64,000 nt of DNA. Origin: Betaproteobacteria bacterium. GTDB lineage: Bacteria > Pseudomonadota > Gammaproteobacteria > Burkholderiales > Burkholderiaceae_C. The translations under genes and the position numbers were made by a program. Each line of letters starts with the position of its first letter. Positions within the stretch are counted from its first letter, which is position 1. Of this stretch, positions 1-9,154 are shown in pieces. The notes beneath the pieces were generated by a model. That model was given only the letters and a program-made list of their open reading frames with translations. It ran no database searches and was not told where the DNA came from. The stretch covers positions 9,007-73,006 of the forward strand of contig JANMZP010000005.1 of the NCBI GenBank assembly GCA_031383435.1. Direction: 5' to 3'.

Positions 1-472
1 GCAGGGCGCGGCACTCGGCGGCGGCGTGGGCCTGGCCTGCGCCTGCGACATCGCCATCGCCGCCGATAACGCCAGCTTCGCCGTCAGCGAGGCCCGGTTC
101 GGCATCCTGCCGGCGGTGATCGGGCCTTACGTGATCAACGCGGTGGGCAAGCGACAGGCCCAGCGCCTGGCGCTGACGACGGAACGCATCCACGCCGCCG
201 AAGCGCTGGCGATGGGGCTGGTGCACAAGGTGGTGACGCTGGACGAACTGGACGCGGCGGTGGACGCCACCGCCGCCGCGCTGCTGGCCGGTGGCCCGGG
301 CGCGCAGGCCGAGATCAAACAGCTCTTCGCACAACTCGAAGTCGGTCCCGTCACCCCGGCCGTCATCGAGCTGACCGCGCAGACCATCAGCCGCGTGCGC
401 GGCAGCGCCGAAGCGCGCGAAGGCTTCGCGGCGTTTCTCGCAAAACGACCCCAGAACTGGATTCCGCAATGA
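1..472 (+). CDS. enoyl-CoA hydratase/isomerase (crotonase) family protein, C-terminal part; 5' end lies off-window
   Basis: The frame of ORF 26..472 stays open to the window edge. Crotonase-fold motifs are present (GAALGGGVGLACACDIAIAA, FGILPAVIGPY, EAREGFAAFLAKR). ATGA overlap with the next gene. Confidence 0.85.
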   Translation, partial: QGAALGGGVGLACACDIAIAADNASFAVSEARFGILPAVIGPYVINAVGKRQAQRLALTTERIHAAEALAMGLVHKVVTLDELDAAVDATAAALLAGGPGAQAEIKQLFAQLEVGPVTPAVIELTAQTISRVRGSAEAREGFAAFLAKRPQNWIPQ

Positions 473-1998
473 GCGAATCGAAACTGCAAGGCGCAGCCGT
501 GCTGGTCATCGGCGCCGGCATCATGGGCGCGGGCATTGCCCAAGTGGCCGCGCAGGCCGGCCACGCGGTGCTGCTGTTCGATGCGCGCGAGGGCGCTGCG
601 GCGCAGGCCATCACCCAGCTGGCGGCCACCTTCGATGGTCTGGTTGCGAAGGGGCGTTTGGCACCCGACGCGGCCCGCGCCACGCTGGCCCGCATCACGC
701 CCATCAGCGCGCTGGCTGAAGCCGCCAGCGTGGCGCTGGTGGTCGAGGCCATCGTCGAGGACCTGCTGGCCAAGCGCGCGCTGTTCGCGCAGCTGGAAGG
801 CATCGTCGGCGCGACCTGCGTGCTGGCCACCAACACCAGTTCGATCAGCGTCACGGCCATCGCGAATGGCTTGAAGCAACCGGGTCGGCTGGTCGGCATG
901 CACTTCTTCAACCCGGTGCCACTGATGAAGCTGGTGGAAGTGGTCAGCGGGCTGCACACCGATGCCGCCGTGGCCAGCGCCATCTTCGACTTGAGCAAAG
1001 CCTGGGGCAAGGTGCCGGTGCACACGCTGAGCACCCCGGGCTTCATCGTCAACCGGATAGCGCGGCCCTACTACGCCGAGGCGCTGGCGCTGCTGCAGGA
1101 ACAGGCGGCCACGCCGGCCGTGCTGGATGCCTGCCTGCGCGCGGCGGGCTTCCGCATGGGGCCTTGCGAGCTGATGGATTTGATTGGCCATGACACCAAT
1201 TTCGCGGTGACGAATTCGGTCTACGCGGCCAATTTCTACGACAAGCGCTATGTGCCCAGTGGCCTGCAGCGCGAGATGGTCGATGGCGGGCTGCTCGGCC
1301 GCAAGAGCGGGCGCGGCTTCTACAGCCACCCGGGCGGCGCGCCCGCGCTGCCGGTGGCTGTGCATGCAGCGCCCACCACGGCGGGTGAAGTCACGGTGCA
1401 CGGCCACGGTGCCATTGCCGACGCACTGGAAGCCGCCGCCACGCAGGCCCTGGCCGCGCAAGGCTGGGGGCCGGCGCGCCAGCCCGACAGCGCTTGGACC
1501 GGCCTGGCCATCGACGGTGCCCGACTGGTGTTGACCGACGGCCGCACCGCCGGTGAAGTGGCCGCCGCCAGCGGCTTTGCCGACACCGCCGTTTTCGACC
1601 GCCCGTTGGCCCTGCCCTCAGCCCCCGGCACCGCACTGGCCTGCGCGGTGGCCGAAGGTGCCAGCGCCGCGTGGCAGACGCAAGCGCTGGCCTGGCTGGC
1701 TGCGCTGGGCTACACGCCGCTGCTGGTGGCCGACACGCCCGGCCTGGTGGTGGCGCGCACCCTGGCCATGCTGGTCAACGAAGCGGCCGACGCCGTGCTG
1801 CAAGGCGTGTGCGACGAAGCCGGTGCCGACGCCGCCATGAAGCTGGGCGTCAGCTACCCGGCGGGGCCTTTCGAATGGCTGGCGCGCTGGGACGTGAACG
1901 GCGTGGCGACGCTGCTGGACGCGCTGGACGCGCAGTACCGCGGCGAACGCTACCGGGTCAGCCCGTGGTTGCGGCGGCGGGTGAGCCCGGCAGGCTGA
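469..1998 (+). CDS. 3-hydroxyacyl-CoA dehydrogenase, NAD-binding (509 aa, PaaH/Hbd-like with an extra C-terminal domain)
   Basis: Rossmann motif VIGAGIMGAGIAQV, core motifs MHFFNPVPLMKLVEVV and GFIVNRIARPYY. Translationally coupled to the upstream hydratase. Confidence 0.9.
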   Translation: MSESKLQGAAVLVIGAGIMGAGIAQVAAQAGHAVLLFDAREGAAAQAITQLAATFDGLVAKGRLAPDAARATLARITPISALAEAASVALVVEAIVEDLLAKRALFAQLEGIVGATCVLATNTSSISVTAIANGLKQPGRLVGMHFFNPVPLMKLVEVVSGLHTDAAVASAIFDLSKAWGKVPVHTLSTPGFIVNRIARPYYAEALALLQEQAATPAVLDACLRAAGFRMGPCELMDLIGHDTNFAVTNSVYAANFYDKRYVPSGLQREMVDGGLLGRKSGRGFYSHPGGAPALPVAVHAAPTTAGEVTVHGHGAIADALEAAATQALAAQGWGPARQPDSAWTGLAIDGARLVLTDGRTAGEVAAASGFADTAVFDRPLALPSAPGTALACAVAEGASAAWQTQALAWLAALGYTPLLVADTPGLVVARTLAMLVNEAADAVLQGVCDEAGADAAMKLGVSYPAGPFEWLARWDVNGVATLLDALDAQYRGERYRVSPWLRRRVSPAG

Positions 1999-2691
1999 TC
2001 AGCGCGCAACGGTGGTGGGCGAGGCGGGCAGCGACCGCGCCCATGCTGCGCAGGCCACCGCCAGTTCAGCCAGCACGCGCTGCGCGACCTGCTGCGCGGC
2101 GGCCACGCCAGCCACCGGGTCGTCGCGGTCGACTTTGGCTGTCGCATCGAAAACCTGGCTGGCAAGCACCCGCCGCGTGGCCACATCGATCAGCACCGCG
2201 CGCAGCGTCAAGCGCACACTGCTGGGCTGCACGGTGAAGTCTTGCTGCAGACGGACGACTTCGGTTTCCAGGCGCAGCGCACCGCTGCCGGCCGAGGGTG
2301 CCAGCAGCACCGCACGGAAGGCCTGGGTGTCTTGCAGCGCGCGCAGCATCAAAGGCACCAGCAGGCGGGCTGGCGGCTCGACCCATTCGTGGAAGGCGAA
2401 GGCTTCCAGCTGCTGCGGCTGGCGCTGGTAAAGCATGCGCGCGCTGTCGTAACCCGGCGCCGCGCTGGGCTGGGCGACGAGCAACACGGGTGCGTTGGCC
2501 GCCACCTGAACGCTCGCAGCCGACGGCGATGGCGGTGGCGGCGCGGCGGCGTCCAGCGTGTAGCGCGCCGCTGCGGCCGGTGGCTTGGGCAAGAGTGATG
2601 CCGAGCAGCCGAGCAAGCCCGACAAAGCCGCCAGCGTGAAGGTGGCGCTGGTCGTCCGTGCCAAGAAACGGTGGAGCATGGCAGTGTTCAT
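1999..2691 (-). CDS. ABC-type transport auxiliary lipoprotein (PqiC/YmbA-like, DUF330-type)
   Basis: Signal peptide with lipobox (LSGLLGC). It is the last gene of the Mce-type operon and has an ATGA overlap with the MCE gene. Size and position match PqiC-like lipoproteins. Confidence 0.7.
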   Translation of the reverse strand: MNTAMLHRFLARTTSATFTLAALSGLLGCSASLLPKPPAAAARYTLDAAAPPPPSPSAASVQVAANAPVLLVAQPSAAPGYDSARMLYQRQPQQLEAFAFHEWVEPPARLLVPLMLRALQDTQAFRAVLLAPSAGSGALRLETEVVRLQQDFTVQPSSVRLTLRAVLIDVATRRVLASQVFDATAKVDRDDPVAGVAAAQQVAQRVLAELAVACAAWARSLPASPTTVAR

Positions 2692-3626
2692 GGCTGGGTG
2701 CTTTCTCCGGGCCCGGGCTGCGGCACGGGCCGGCCGACGACCAGGCTGCTGGGGCTGCGCGCGGTCTGCTCGCTCAGGGTGCGCAGCGAGGCCGACAACT
2801 GGTTCAACTCGGCCATCAAGCGCGCCAGGTCGGGCAAGGTTTCGCTGGTCGCCTGCTGCACCGCGCTGGCCGCACTGTCGGCCGCGCGGCTGGCCCGCAG
2901 GCTGGTCGCGCTCACGCCGTCGCCCATGCGCTCCACCGACTGCGCGCCGCGGCTGATGCTGAGCAGCGTGGGTTCGAAGCTCTGGCTGGCGCTGGCCGTG
3001 CGCTGGGCGGCCAGCGCGGCGTCGGCAATGCCGCGCGTCAGCACGCCCTTCTGCGCATCCAGTGCGTGGGCCAGCGCGGCCATGTCGGCCAAGGTGGACT
3101 TCAGCGCCGCGCGGTTGTCGGCGTCGAACACCGCGTTGAAGTTGTCCGTCACACGGTCGACATTGCCCAGCACATGGGTCATCACGCTCTCCAGCCGCGC
3201 ACTCAATGACAGCTTGAAGGGAATCGTCGGTGGCACGCCGTCGGCGCGGGCCACCAGGGGTTGGGAGCCTTCGCTGCCGCCGCTGATTTCGACATAGGCA
3301 ATTCCCGTCAAACCCTGCGCCTTCAGCACCGCTTCACTGTCTTGCTTGATGGGCGTGCCGCGGTTGATGAGAAACACCAGCCGCACGCGGCGCGAGTTGC
3401 CCGGGTCGATCTCGATGCGGCCGACCTTGCCCACGTCCACGCCCAGGTACTTCACCGGCGCGTCCACATTCAAGCCCGCCACCGATTCTTCGATGAAGGC
3501 CTGGTAGCGGTCCACCTCGCGGCGCGCGCCCAGCCCGACCGACAGCCACAACACACCGGCCACCAGCACCGCGCCCAGCACCAGCACGAAGGCTCCGACC
3601 AGCGAATAGTTGACCTTGTCTTCCAT
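2688..3626 (-). CDS. MCE/MlaD family substrate-binding protein
   Basis: N-terminal TM helix (YSLVGAFVLVLGAVLVAGVLWL) followed by an MCE-domain signature (GLNVDAPVKYLGVDVGKVGRIEIDP). Confidence 0.85.
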   Translation of the reverse strand: MEDKVNYSLVGAFVLVLGAVLVAGVLWLSVGLGARREVDRYQAFIEESVAGLNVDAPVKYLGVDVGKVGRIEIDPGNSRRVRLVFLINRGTPIKQDSEAVLKAQGLTGIAYVEISGGSEGSQPLVARADGVPPTIPFKLSLSARLESVMTHVLGNVDRVTDNFNAVFDADNRAALKSTLADMAALAHALDAQKGVLTRGIADAALAAQRTASASQSFEPTLLSISRGAQSVERMGDGVSATSLRASRAADSAASAVQQATSETLPDLARLMAELNQLSASLRTLSEQTARSPSSLVVGRPVPQPGPGESTQP

Positions 3627-3637
3627 CGCGGCGCGTC

Positions 3638-4474
3638 CTAGTGGGCAAGGGTCAGGCTAGCCGAGGCGGCCGGGCCGGCCGTCGCGGGGGCTGCAGCCGC
3701 GGCCTCAGCCACCGCCTTGCGCACCTGCCGCCGGTCGGTGAAATAGGACCGCACCGTCGGCTGCTCATCCTTCGCCAGTTCGGCCATCGTGCCCAGCGCC
3801 AACACCCGGCCTTCACCCAGCACGGCCACGCGGTCGCACACCTGCCACAGCAAGTCGAGGTCATGGCTGACGATGACGACGGTCGGCTGGTACAGCGCGT
3901 GGGTCTTCAGGATCAACTCGTCGACGCCGGCCGAACTGGCCGGGTCCAGGCCCGATGTGGGCTCGTCCAGAAACAGCAATTCGGGCGACAGCGCCAGCGC
4001 GCGGGCCAGTGCGGCGCGCTTCAACATGCCGCCGCTCAGTTCGCCGGGCAGCTTCAGGCCGGCCTCGGGCGGCAGGCCGGTCAGGGCCAGTTTCCATTCG
4101 GCGATGTCGTCGATCAGTGCCGGGTCCAGCGCGCTGTGTTCACGCAGCGGCAAACCGACGTTTTCACGCACCGTCAACGCACCAAACAGGCCGCCGCGCT
4201 GGAACATCACGCCCCAGCGCAGGCGCAACGCCTGCACCGCAGCGGCGTCCAGCGCGGCGGTGTCCTGGCCGAAGAGTTGGACCACGCCCGAGGTCGGCCG
4301 CTGCAGCAGGATCATCTCGCGCAGCAGCACCGATTTGCCCGAACCGCTGCCACCGGCCAGCCCGAGGATTTCGCCGCGCCGCACGCGCAGGTTCAGGCCG
4401 TCGTGCACGACATGGCTGCCGAAACGCATGCCGATGTCCTGCATGTCGATGACGGCATCGTCGGTCGCGCCCAT
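3638..4474 (-). CDS. ABC transporter ATP-binding protein (MlaF-like)
   Basis: Walker A GGSGSGKS, signature LSGGMLKRAALARAL, Walker B LLFLDEPTSGLD. I moved the start to ATG 4474 (MGATDDAVIDMQDI), 1 nt after the permease stop. The ORF-track start at 4522 would overlap the permease. Confidence 0.9.
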   Translation of the reverse strand: MGATDDAVIDMQDIGMRFGSHVVHDGLNLRVRRGEILGLAGGSGSGKSVLLREMILLQRPTSGVVQLFGQDTAALDAAAVQALRLRWGVMFQRGGLFGALTVRENVGLPLREHSALDPALIDDIAEWKLALTGLPPEAGLKLPGELSGGMLKRAALARALALSPELLFLDEPTSGLDPASSAGVDELILKTHALYQPTVVIVSHDLDLLWQVCDRVAVLGEGRVLALGTMAELAKDEQPTVRSYFTDRRQVRKAVAEAAAAAPATAGPAASASLTLAH

Positions 4475-4475
4475 C

Positions 4476-5426
4476 TCACAGGTCCAACACGTTGAACAGC
4501 ACCGAGAAGGCCGCATCGGCAACGATCACCAGGAAGATGGACTGCACCACGGCCAGGGTCGTCTGGCGGCCCACGCTGTCGGCACTGCCGGCGGTGCGAA
4601 AGCCCTGGAAGCAGCCGATGGCCACGATGATGGCGGCGAAGACCAGCGACTTGCCCACGCCCAGCAGCAGCGCCGAACCCTGCATCACCCGGCCGAAGCG
4701 ATCGGCAAATTCGGTGAAGCCGATGTCGAGCTGGGTGCGCGCCATGACCATGCCGCCGAACACGCCGGTGATGTCGGCGAACACCGTCAACAGCGGCAAG
4801 GCCAAACACAGGGCGAAGAACTTGGGCAGCACCAGGCGTTCCTGCGGGTTGATGGCGATGGTGCGCATCGCATCGACTTCTTCGTTGACGACCATGGTGC
4901 CGATCTGCGCGGCATAGGCCGAACCCGAACGGCCGGCGATGATGATGGCCCCGATCAGCGGCGCGAATTCGCGCAGCATCGCGTAGCCCACCAGTTCCAC
5001 CACGAAGACATTCGCGCCGTAATGTTTCAGCTGGTCGGCACCTTGGTAGGCGACCACCACGCCGAGCAGGAAGGCGGTCAGGCCGATGATGGCCAGCGCG
5101 TCAAAGCCGCCGATCTCGACTTCGCGCCACACCGCGCGCCAGCGCATGCGGCCCGGGTGGCGCAAGGTGCCGGCCGCCACCATGGCCGCTTCGCCGATGA
5201 AGGCCAGCAGGTCCAGCGCCTGGCGGCCGGCGGCCACCGCGGTGCGCCCGGTCAGGCGCAGCAGACCATCGCGCGGCGACGGGGGCGCTGCGGGCGGGCC
5301 GGTCCAGGTCCACACGCCGTCAGCCGCCCATTCAACCGGCATACCCTGGGTCAGGCGGGTGGCGGTGGCGGTGGCAGTGGCGGTGGTGGTGGTGGTGGTG
5401 GCGGTGGGCGGGACAGTGGCTGGCAT
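4476..5426 (-). CDS. MlaE-family ABC transporter permease
   Basis: Motifs REFAPLIGAIIIAGRSGSAYAAQIGTM and NEEVDAMRT, with multiple TM segments. The 5' end is uncertain because an alternative ATG at 5342 lies downstream of the triplet repeat. Confidence 0.85.
   Translation of the reverse strand: MPATVPPTATTTTTTATATATATRLTQGMPVEWAADGVWTWTGPPAAPPSPRDGLLRLTGRTAVAAGRQALDLLAFIGEAAMVAAGTLRHPGRMRWRAVWREVEIGGFDALAIIGLTAFLLGVVVAYQGADQLKHYGANVFVVELVGYAMLREFAPLIGAIIIAGRSGSAYAAQIGTMVVNEEVDAMRTIAINPQERLVLPKFFALCLALPLLTVFADITGVFGGMVMARTQLDIGFTEFADRFGRVMQGSALLLGVGKSLVFAAIIVAIGCFQGFRTAGSADSVGRQTTLAVVQSIFLVIVADAAFSVLFNVLDL
5358..5409. repeat. (GGT/GGC)n triplet repeat, about 17 units
   Basis: The plus strand reads ggtggcggtggcggtggcagtggcggtggtggtggtggtggtggcggtggg. 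On the minus strand it encodes TATTTTTTATATATAT at the annotated N-terminus of the permease. Confidence 0.9.
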
Positions 5427-5528
5427 CGCTGCTCAGCATGCCGCGCCGGGCCGTCCGGGTCTGTTTGTTGGCGCACGTTTGCGCTTGCAGGGCCAAGGGA
5501 ACACAAGGCCCACGGTACGCAAGCGCCA

Positions 5529-8135
5529 TCACCCCAGCCAGCGCGGCAGCCATTGCACGAGTGCCAAGGCCAGCACCCCTTGCAGCAGGCTGTACTGCCA
5601 GAACAGGGCCACGTTGTCGAGCGTGGCGCGCCGGCCTGCCCTCAAGTGGCCCGCCCAGCAGCGGGCGGCGAGGTAGGCACCCATCACCACCAGCACGGCC
5701 ATGTGGAACGCCTGCCACGCCAGCAGCGCCGCCACCGTGGCACTCCAGGCGTTCGAGCGCGGGGCCAGGCCGGCGGCGTCATGCGCCGCCCAGCCGCTGG
5801 CCCACGCGCCAAGGGCCAGCCCGCTGGCCACCAGCGTGAGCGCAACGAAGGGCAGGCGGCCAGTCGCGAAGCTGCCGCTGCCGCCCCCGCGGCGCGCCAG
5901 CCAGGCCATGACCCCAGCGCCCGCGGCCGCCAGCGCGATGCTGGTCCACACCGCCGTGTCGGCCGGCAAACGCGCACCCGCTGGCGGGCACACCGTGGCC
6001 AGCATGGACACATGCAGGTGCGCGAAGGCAAAGGCCGCGAAGATGCTGGCATCGACCACGACCAGAACCACGGTGGCCCACCAAGAATGCGAACGCAGGC
6101 CCGGTGCGCCGACGGGCAGGCTGCAGCCGTCGGCAACCAGCGCCACATCGACACCGCTGGGCCGGTCGCTTTGCCACAGCCAGGCCAGCATCGCGGCCAG
6201 GCCCAGCACGCCAAAGGCCACGGCCAGCGCCATCCATTTCACGGTCAGCAGCAGGAAGAAGCCGGCGGTGCCCAGGCCGGCCAGCAGGGGCAGCCAACTG
6301 TCGCCGGGCAGCACCAGCAGGTGCAGCGGCCGGGCGTGCAGCGGGCTGGTGACCAGGGTCTCGCGCCGCCCCGTGACGCTGCCGGGCAACCAGTGCTGGC
6401 CGGCTTGAACCTCAGCGGCCAGCGTGGGGTGGTGCCACTGCGGTTCGCGTGAACTGACTTGCGGGATGCTGCGCGCGCCGAAGTTGCCGGCCGGCAACCA
6501 TTCCAGCGTGCCGGCTTGCCACGGGTTGTCGTTCCTGCGGGCGGGCCGCAGCCAGGTCCGTGCGGCATCGCAGAAGAAGATCAGCGCGCCGAGCGCCGAC
6601 ACGAAGGCACCGATCGAGGACAGCAGGTTCACGCTGTCCCAGCCGAGTTGGGCGTCGTAGGTGTAGACGCGCCGCGGCATGCCCATCAGCCCGGCGATGT
6701 GCATGGGAAAAAAGGCCAGGTGGAAGCCGCCGAACGTCAGCCCGAAAGTCCACCGCGCCCAGCGTTCCGACAGCGTGTGGCCGTTGACCAGCGGTGCCCA
6801 GTGGTACAGCGCCGCAAACACCGGGAACACCACGCCGCCGATCAGCACGTAATGCAGATGGGCCACGATGAAGTAGGTGTCGTGCACCTGCCAGTCGAAG
6901 GGCAGGATGGCCACCATCACGCCGGTCAGCCCGCCGATGACGAACGTGAACAGGAAGCCCAGCAGGAACAGCGCAGCGCCGGTGATGCGCAAGTGGCCGC
7001 GCCACAGGGTGGCGATCCACGCAAAGACCTGCACCGCCGTGGGCACGGCCACGACCAGGCTGGCCGCCGATACCAGCAGCATCTTCCAGGCCCCCAGGCC
7101 GGCGGTGAACATGTGGTGCGCCCACAGCGCAAAGCTGATGACGCCGACCGCCATCAGCGCCAGCACCACGGCGCGGTAGCCAACCAGCGGGGTGCGGGCC
7201 AGCGTGGGCACCATCATCGACACCAGGCCGGCAGCGGGCAGGAAGATGATGTAGACCTCGGGGTGGCCGAAAAACCAGAACAGGTGTTGCCACAGCACCG
7301 GGTCGCCCCCGCGCTCGGCGATGAAGAAAGGCCAGTCAAAGGCGCGTTCCATCTCCAACAGCGTGGTGCCGGCGATGACGGCCGGGAATGCGAACACGAT
7401 CATGAAGGCGACGACCAGCATCGCCCAGGCGAAGACCGGCATGCGCGCGAGCGTCATGCCCGGCGCGCGGGTGAACAGGATGCCGATGATCAACTCGACC
7501 GCGCCGGCGATGGCCGAGATCTCGATGAAGCCGATGCCCAGCAGCCAGAAGTCGGCACCGATGCCGGGCGAGTGTTCGGTGCTGGTCAGCGGCGGGTACA
7601 TGAACCAGCCGCCGTCGGGCGCGGCGTTGAAGAAGATCGTGCAGAAGAAGGCCAGCCCGCCAATGGCGTAGGCCCAGAAGGCGTAGGCGCTGAGGCGCGG
7701 GAAGGGCAGATCGCGCGCACCCAGCATGCCGGGCAGGATGTACACCGCGATGGCTTCCACCACCGGCACCGCGAACAGAAACATCATCACGGTGCCGTGC
7801 ATCGTGAAGACCTGGTTGTACAGGCGCGGGCTGAGCAGTGCACCCTCTGGCAGCGCCAGTTGGGCGCGAATCATCAAGCCCAACACACCGGCCAGCACGA
7901 AGAACAGCATGGCGGTGGCGATGTAGAAGAGCCCGATGTGCGTGTTGTTGACTGCCGAGAGCACACGCCAGCCGCGCGGCGGTGCCCACGCCCTTTCGAG
8001 CGCCGCCAGCTCGCCCGCCGGACGCGGCAGGCGGTTCGGCAAGCGGGTTGCTGGCGCGCCGCCGCTGTGCTGGCTGGCAGCGTGGTTTGCGCCGTCCATT
8101 GCGCCGTCCATTGCGCCTTTCATTGCGCGCTTCAT
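5529..8135 (-). CDS. cytochrome c oxidase subunit I fused to a subunit III-like C-terminal domain (868 aa)
   Basis: Heme-copper oxidase subunit I motifs (LFWFFGHPEVYIIFLPAAG, WAHHMFTAG). The extra ~300 aa are TM-rich with subunit III-like motifs (SHSWWATVVL, DNVALFWQY). ATGA overlap with the subunit II stop. Confidence 0.9.
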   Translation of the reverse strand: MKRAMKGAMDGAMDGANHAASQHSGGAPATRLPNRLPRPAGELAALERAWAPPRGWRVLSAVNNTHIGLFYIATAMLFFVLAGVLGLMIRAQLALPEGALLSPRLYNQVFTMHGTVMMFLFAVPVVEAIAVYILPGMLGARDLPFPRLSAYAFWAYAIGGLAFFCTIFFNAAPDGGWFMYPPLTSTEHSPGIGADFWLLGIGFIEISAIAGAVELIIGILFTRAPGMTLARMPVFAWAMLVVAFMIVFAFPAVIAGTTLLEMERAFDWPFFIAERGGDPVLWQHLFWFFGHPEVYIIFLPAAGLVSMMVPTLARTPLVGYRAVVLALMAVGVISFALWAHHMFTAGLGAWKMLLVSAASLVVAVPTAVQVFAWIATLWRGHLRITGAALFLLGFLFTFVIGGLTGVMVAILPFDWQVHDTYFIVAHLHYVLIGGVVFPVFAALYHWAPLVNGHTLSERWARWTFGLTFGGFHLAFFPMHIAGLMGMPRRVYTYDAQLGWDSVNLLSSIGAFVSALGALIFFCDAARTWLRPARRNDNPWQAGTLEWLPAGNFGARSIPQVSSREPQWHHPTLAAEVQAGQHWLPGSVTGRRETLVTSPLHARPLHLLVLPGDSWLPLLAGLGTAGFFLLLTVKWMALAVAFGVLGLAAMLAWLWQSDRPSGVDVALVADGCSLPVGAPGLRSHSWWATVVLVVVDASIFAAFAFAHLHVSMLATVCPPAGARLPADTAVWTSIALAAAGAGVMAWLARRGGGSGSFATGRLPFVALTLVASGLALGAWASGWAAHDAAGLAPRSNAWSATVAALLAWQAFHMAVLVVMGAYLAARCWAGHLRAGRRATLDNVALFWQYSLLQGVLALALVQWLPRWLG

Positions 8136-8136
8136 T
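8089..8136. repeat. 4 x 12-nt tandem repeat (gcgccgtccatt-like) at the 5' end of the oxidase subunit I gene
   Basis: The units are gcgccgtccatt, gcgccgtccatt, gcgcctttcatt and gcgcgcttcatt. They encode MKRAMKGAMDGAMDGA, which gives four in-frame ATGs 12 nt apart. Confidence 0.9.
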
Positions 8137-9154
8137 GCAACTGCGCCAGAAACGCAAGCAGTGCGCTCAGCGACGCATCGTCCAGCCGTTCATAGGACGG
8201 CATGCGCACGCCCGGCTTGCTGTGCTGCGGGTTGGCCACCCAGTCGCGCAGCGCGGCAGCGCCCATCGGCAGCGTGCCGGCCGCCAGGTGCAGGCGGCTG
8301 CCGACGTGCGTGAGGTCAGGCCCGCGGGCCGATGTCGACGTCGATGTCGAACCCATGGCCGGCTCCAGACCGCGCAGGCTGTGACAGGCACCGCAACGCT
8401 GTTCCGCAAACACCTGGGCACCGCGCCGTGCAAGGCCATCCAGCGGGGCTTGCGCGGGCCGCGCCTGCGCGGCCAGCCAGTGGTCGAAGGCCTCAGGTGT
8501 CTGCACCACGACATGCAGGGCCATGCGCGCGTGCTGTTCGCCGCAGAACTCGGCGCACTGGCCCCGGTACACGCCGGGCCGGTCGGCCTGCAGCCGCAAC
8601 TGGTGCACGCGCCCCGGCACCATGTCGGCCTTGCCGGCCAGCGCCGGCACCCAGAAACTGTGGATCACGTCGGCACTGCCCAGACCGAGGGTCACCGCGC
8701 GGCCGACCGGCAGGTGGATCTCGTTGGCCAGTACCACATCGCGGCCGCTCGCCGGATCGCGGTAGCGCACCTCCCACCACCACAAGTGCCCGGTCACGCT
8801 GATGATGAGTTCCGGCGTCGGTGCGTGCGCCGGGTCTTGCGGACCGCGCGGCGGCATCAGCCCCGGGGCGCGCCACACCGCATAGACCAGCAGCGCTGAC
8901 AGCACCCCGACCGGGAAGACCAGGCCGGCCCCGACGATCCAGCCCCAGCGGCCGCGTTCACGACGGATCTCGTCGCTGCTGGCACGGCGGTGCCGCAAGG
9001 CCCACACCAGCGCGGCCATCACGACCGCGAACACCAGGCCACCGCCGATGAACAGCACCCAGGCCATCTCGGCAATCGTCTGTGCCACCGGCCCGGCCGG
9101 CTGCAGCACTGCGTCTGCACGTGCGCCTGCGCCTGCGCCTTGCGACACGCTCAC
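8132..9154 (-). CDS. coxB: cytochrome c oxidase subunit II with C-terminal cytochrome c domain
   Basis: Two N-terminal TM helices, CuA motif HSFWVPALAGK ... CAEFCGEQHARM, and C-terminal heme motif CGACH. I set the start at GTG 9154 (GTGA overlap with the upstream cytochrome c stop). The ORF-track start at 9379 would overlap that gene by about 230 nt. Confidence 0.85.
   Translation of the reverse strand: MSVSQGAGAGARADAVLQPAGPVAQTIAEMAWVLFIGGGLVFAVVMAALVWALRHRRASSDEIRRERGRWGWIVGAGLVFPVGVLSALLVYAVWRAPGLMPPRGPQDPAHAPTPELIISVTGHLWWWEVRYRDPASGRDVVLANEIHLPVGRAVTLGLGSADVIHSFWVPALAGKADMVPGRVHQLRLQADRPGVYRGQCAEFCGEQHARMALHVVVQTPEAFDHWLAAQARPAQAPLDGLARRGAQVFAEQRCGACHSLRGLEPAMGSTSTSTSARGPDLTHVGSRLHLAAGTLPMGAAALRDWVANPQHSKPGVRMPSYERLDDASLSALLAFLAQLQ

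Noticed and set aside
3789-6452. 887-aa plus-strand ORF. Similar giants occur at 10255..12912 (885 aa), 22434..25259 (941 aa), 6459..8195 (578 aa), 18250..20517 (755 aa) and 31972..33603 (543 aa).
   Set aside because: All run antisense to strongly supported genes (the Mla/oxidase genes, paoC, uvrD, the cox genes, polA, valS). They have low-complexity Arg/Gly/Ala/His composition and no motifs.
8089-8136. The tandem repeats here and at 25599, 32049, 55183 and 60604, considered as CRISPR-like arrays.
   Set aside because: Units are only 9-14 nt, directly abutting with no spacers, mostly inside coding sequence. No cas genes are present.
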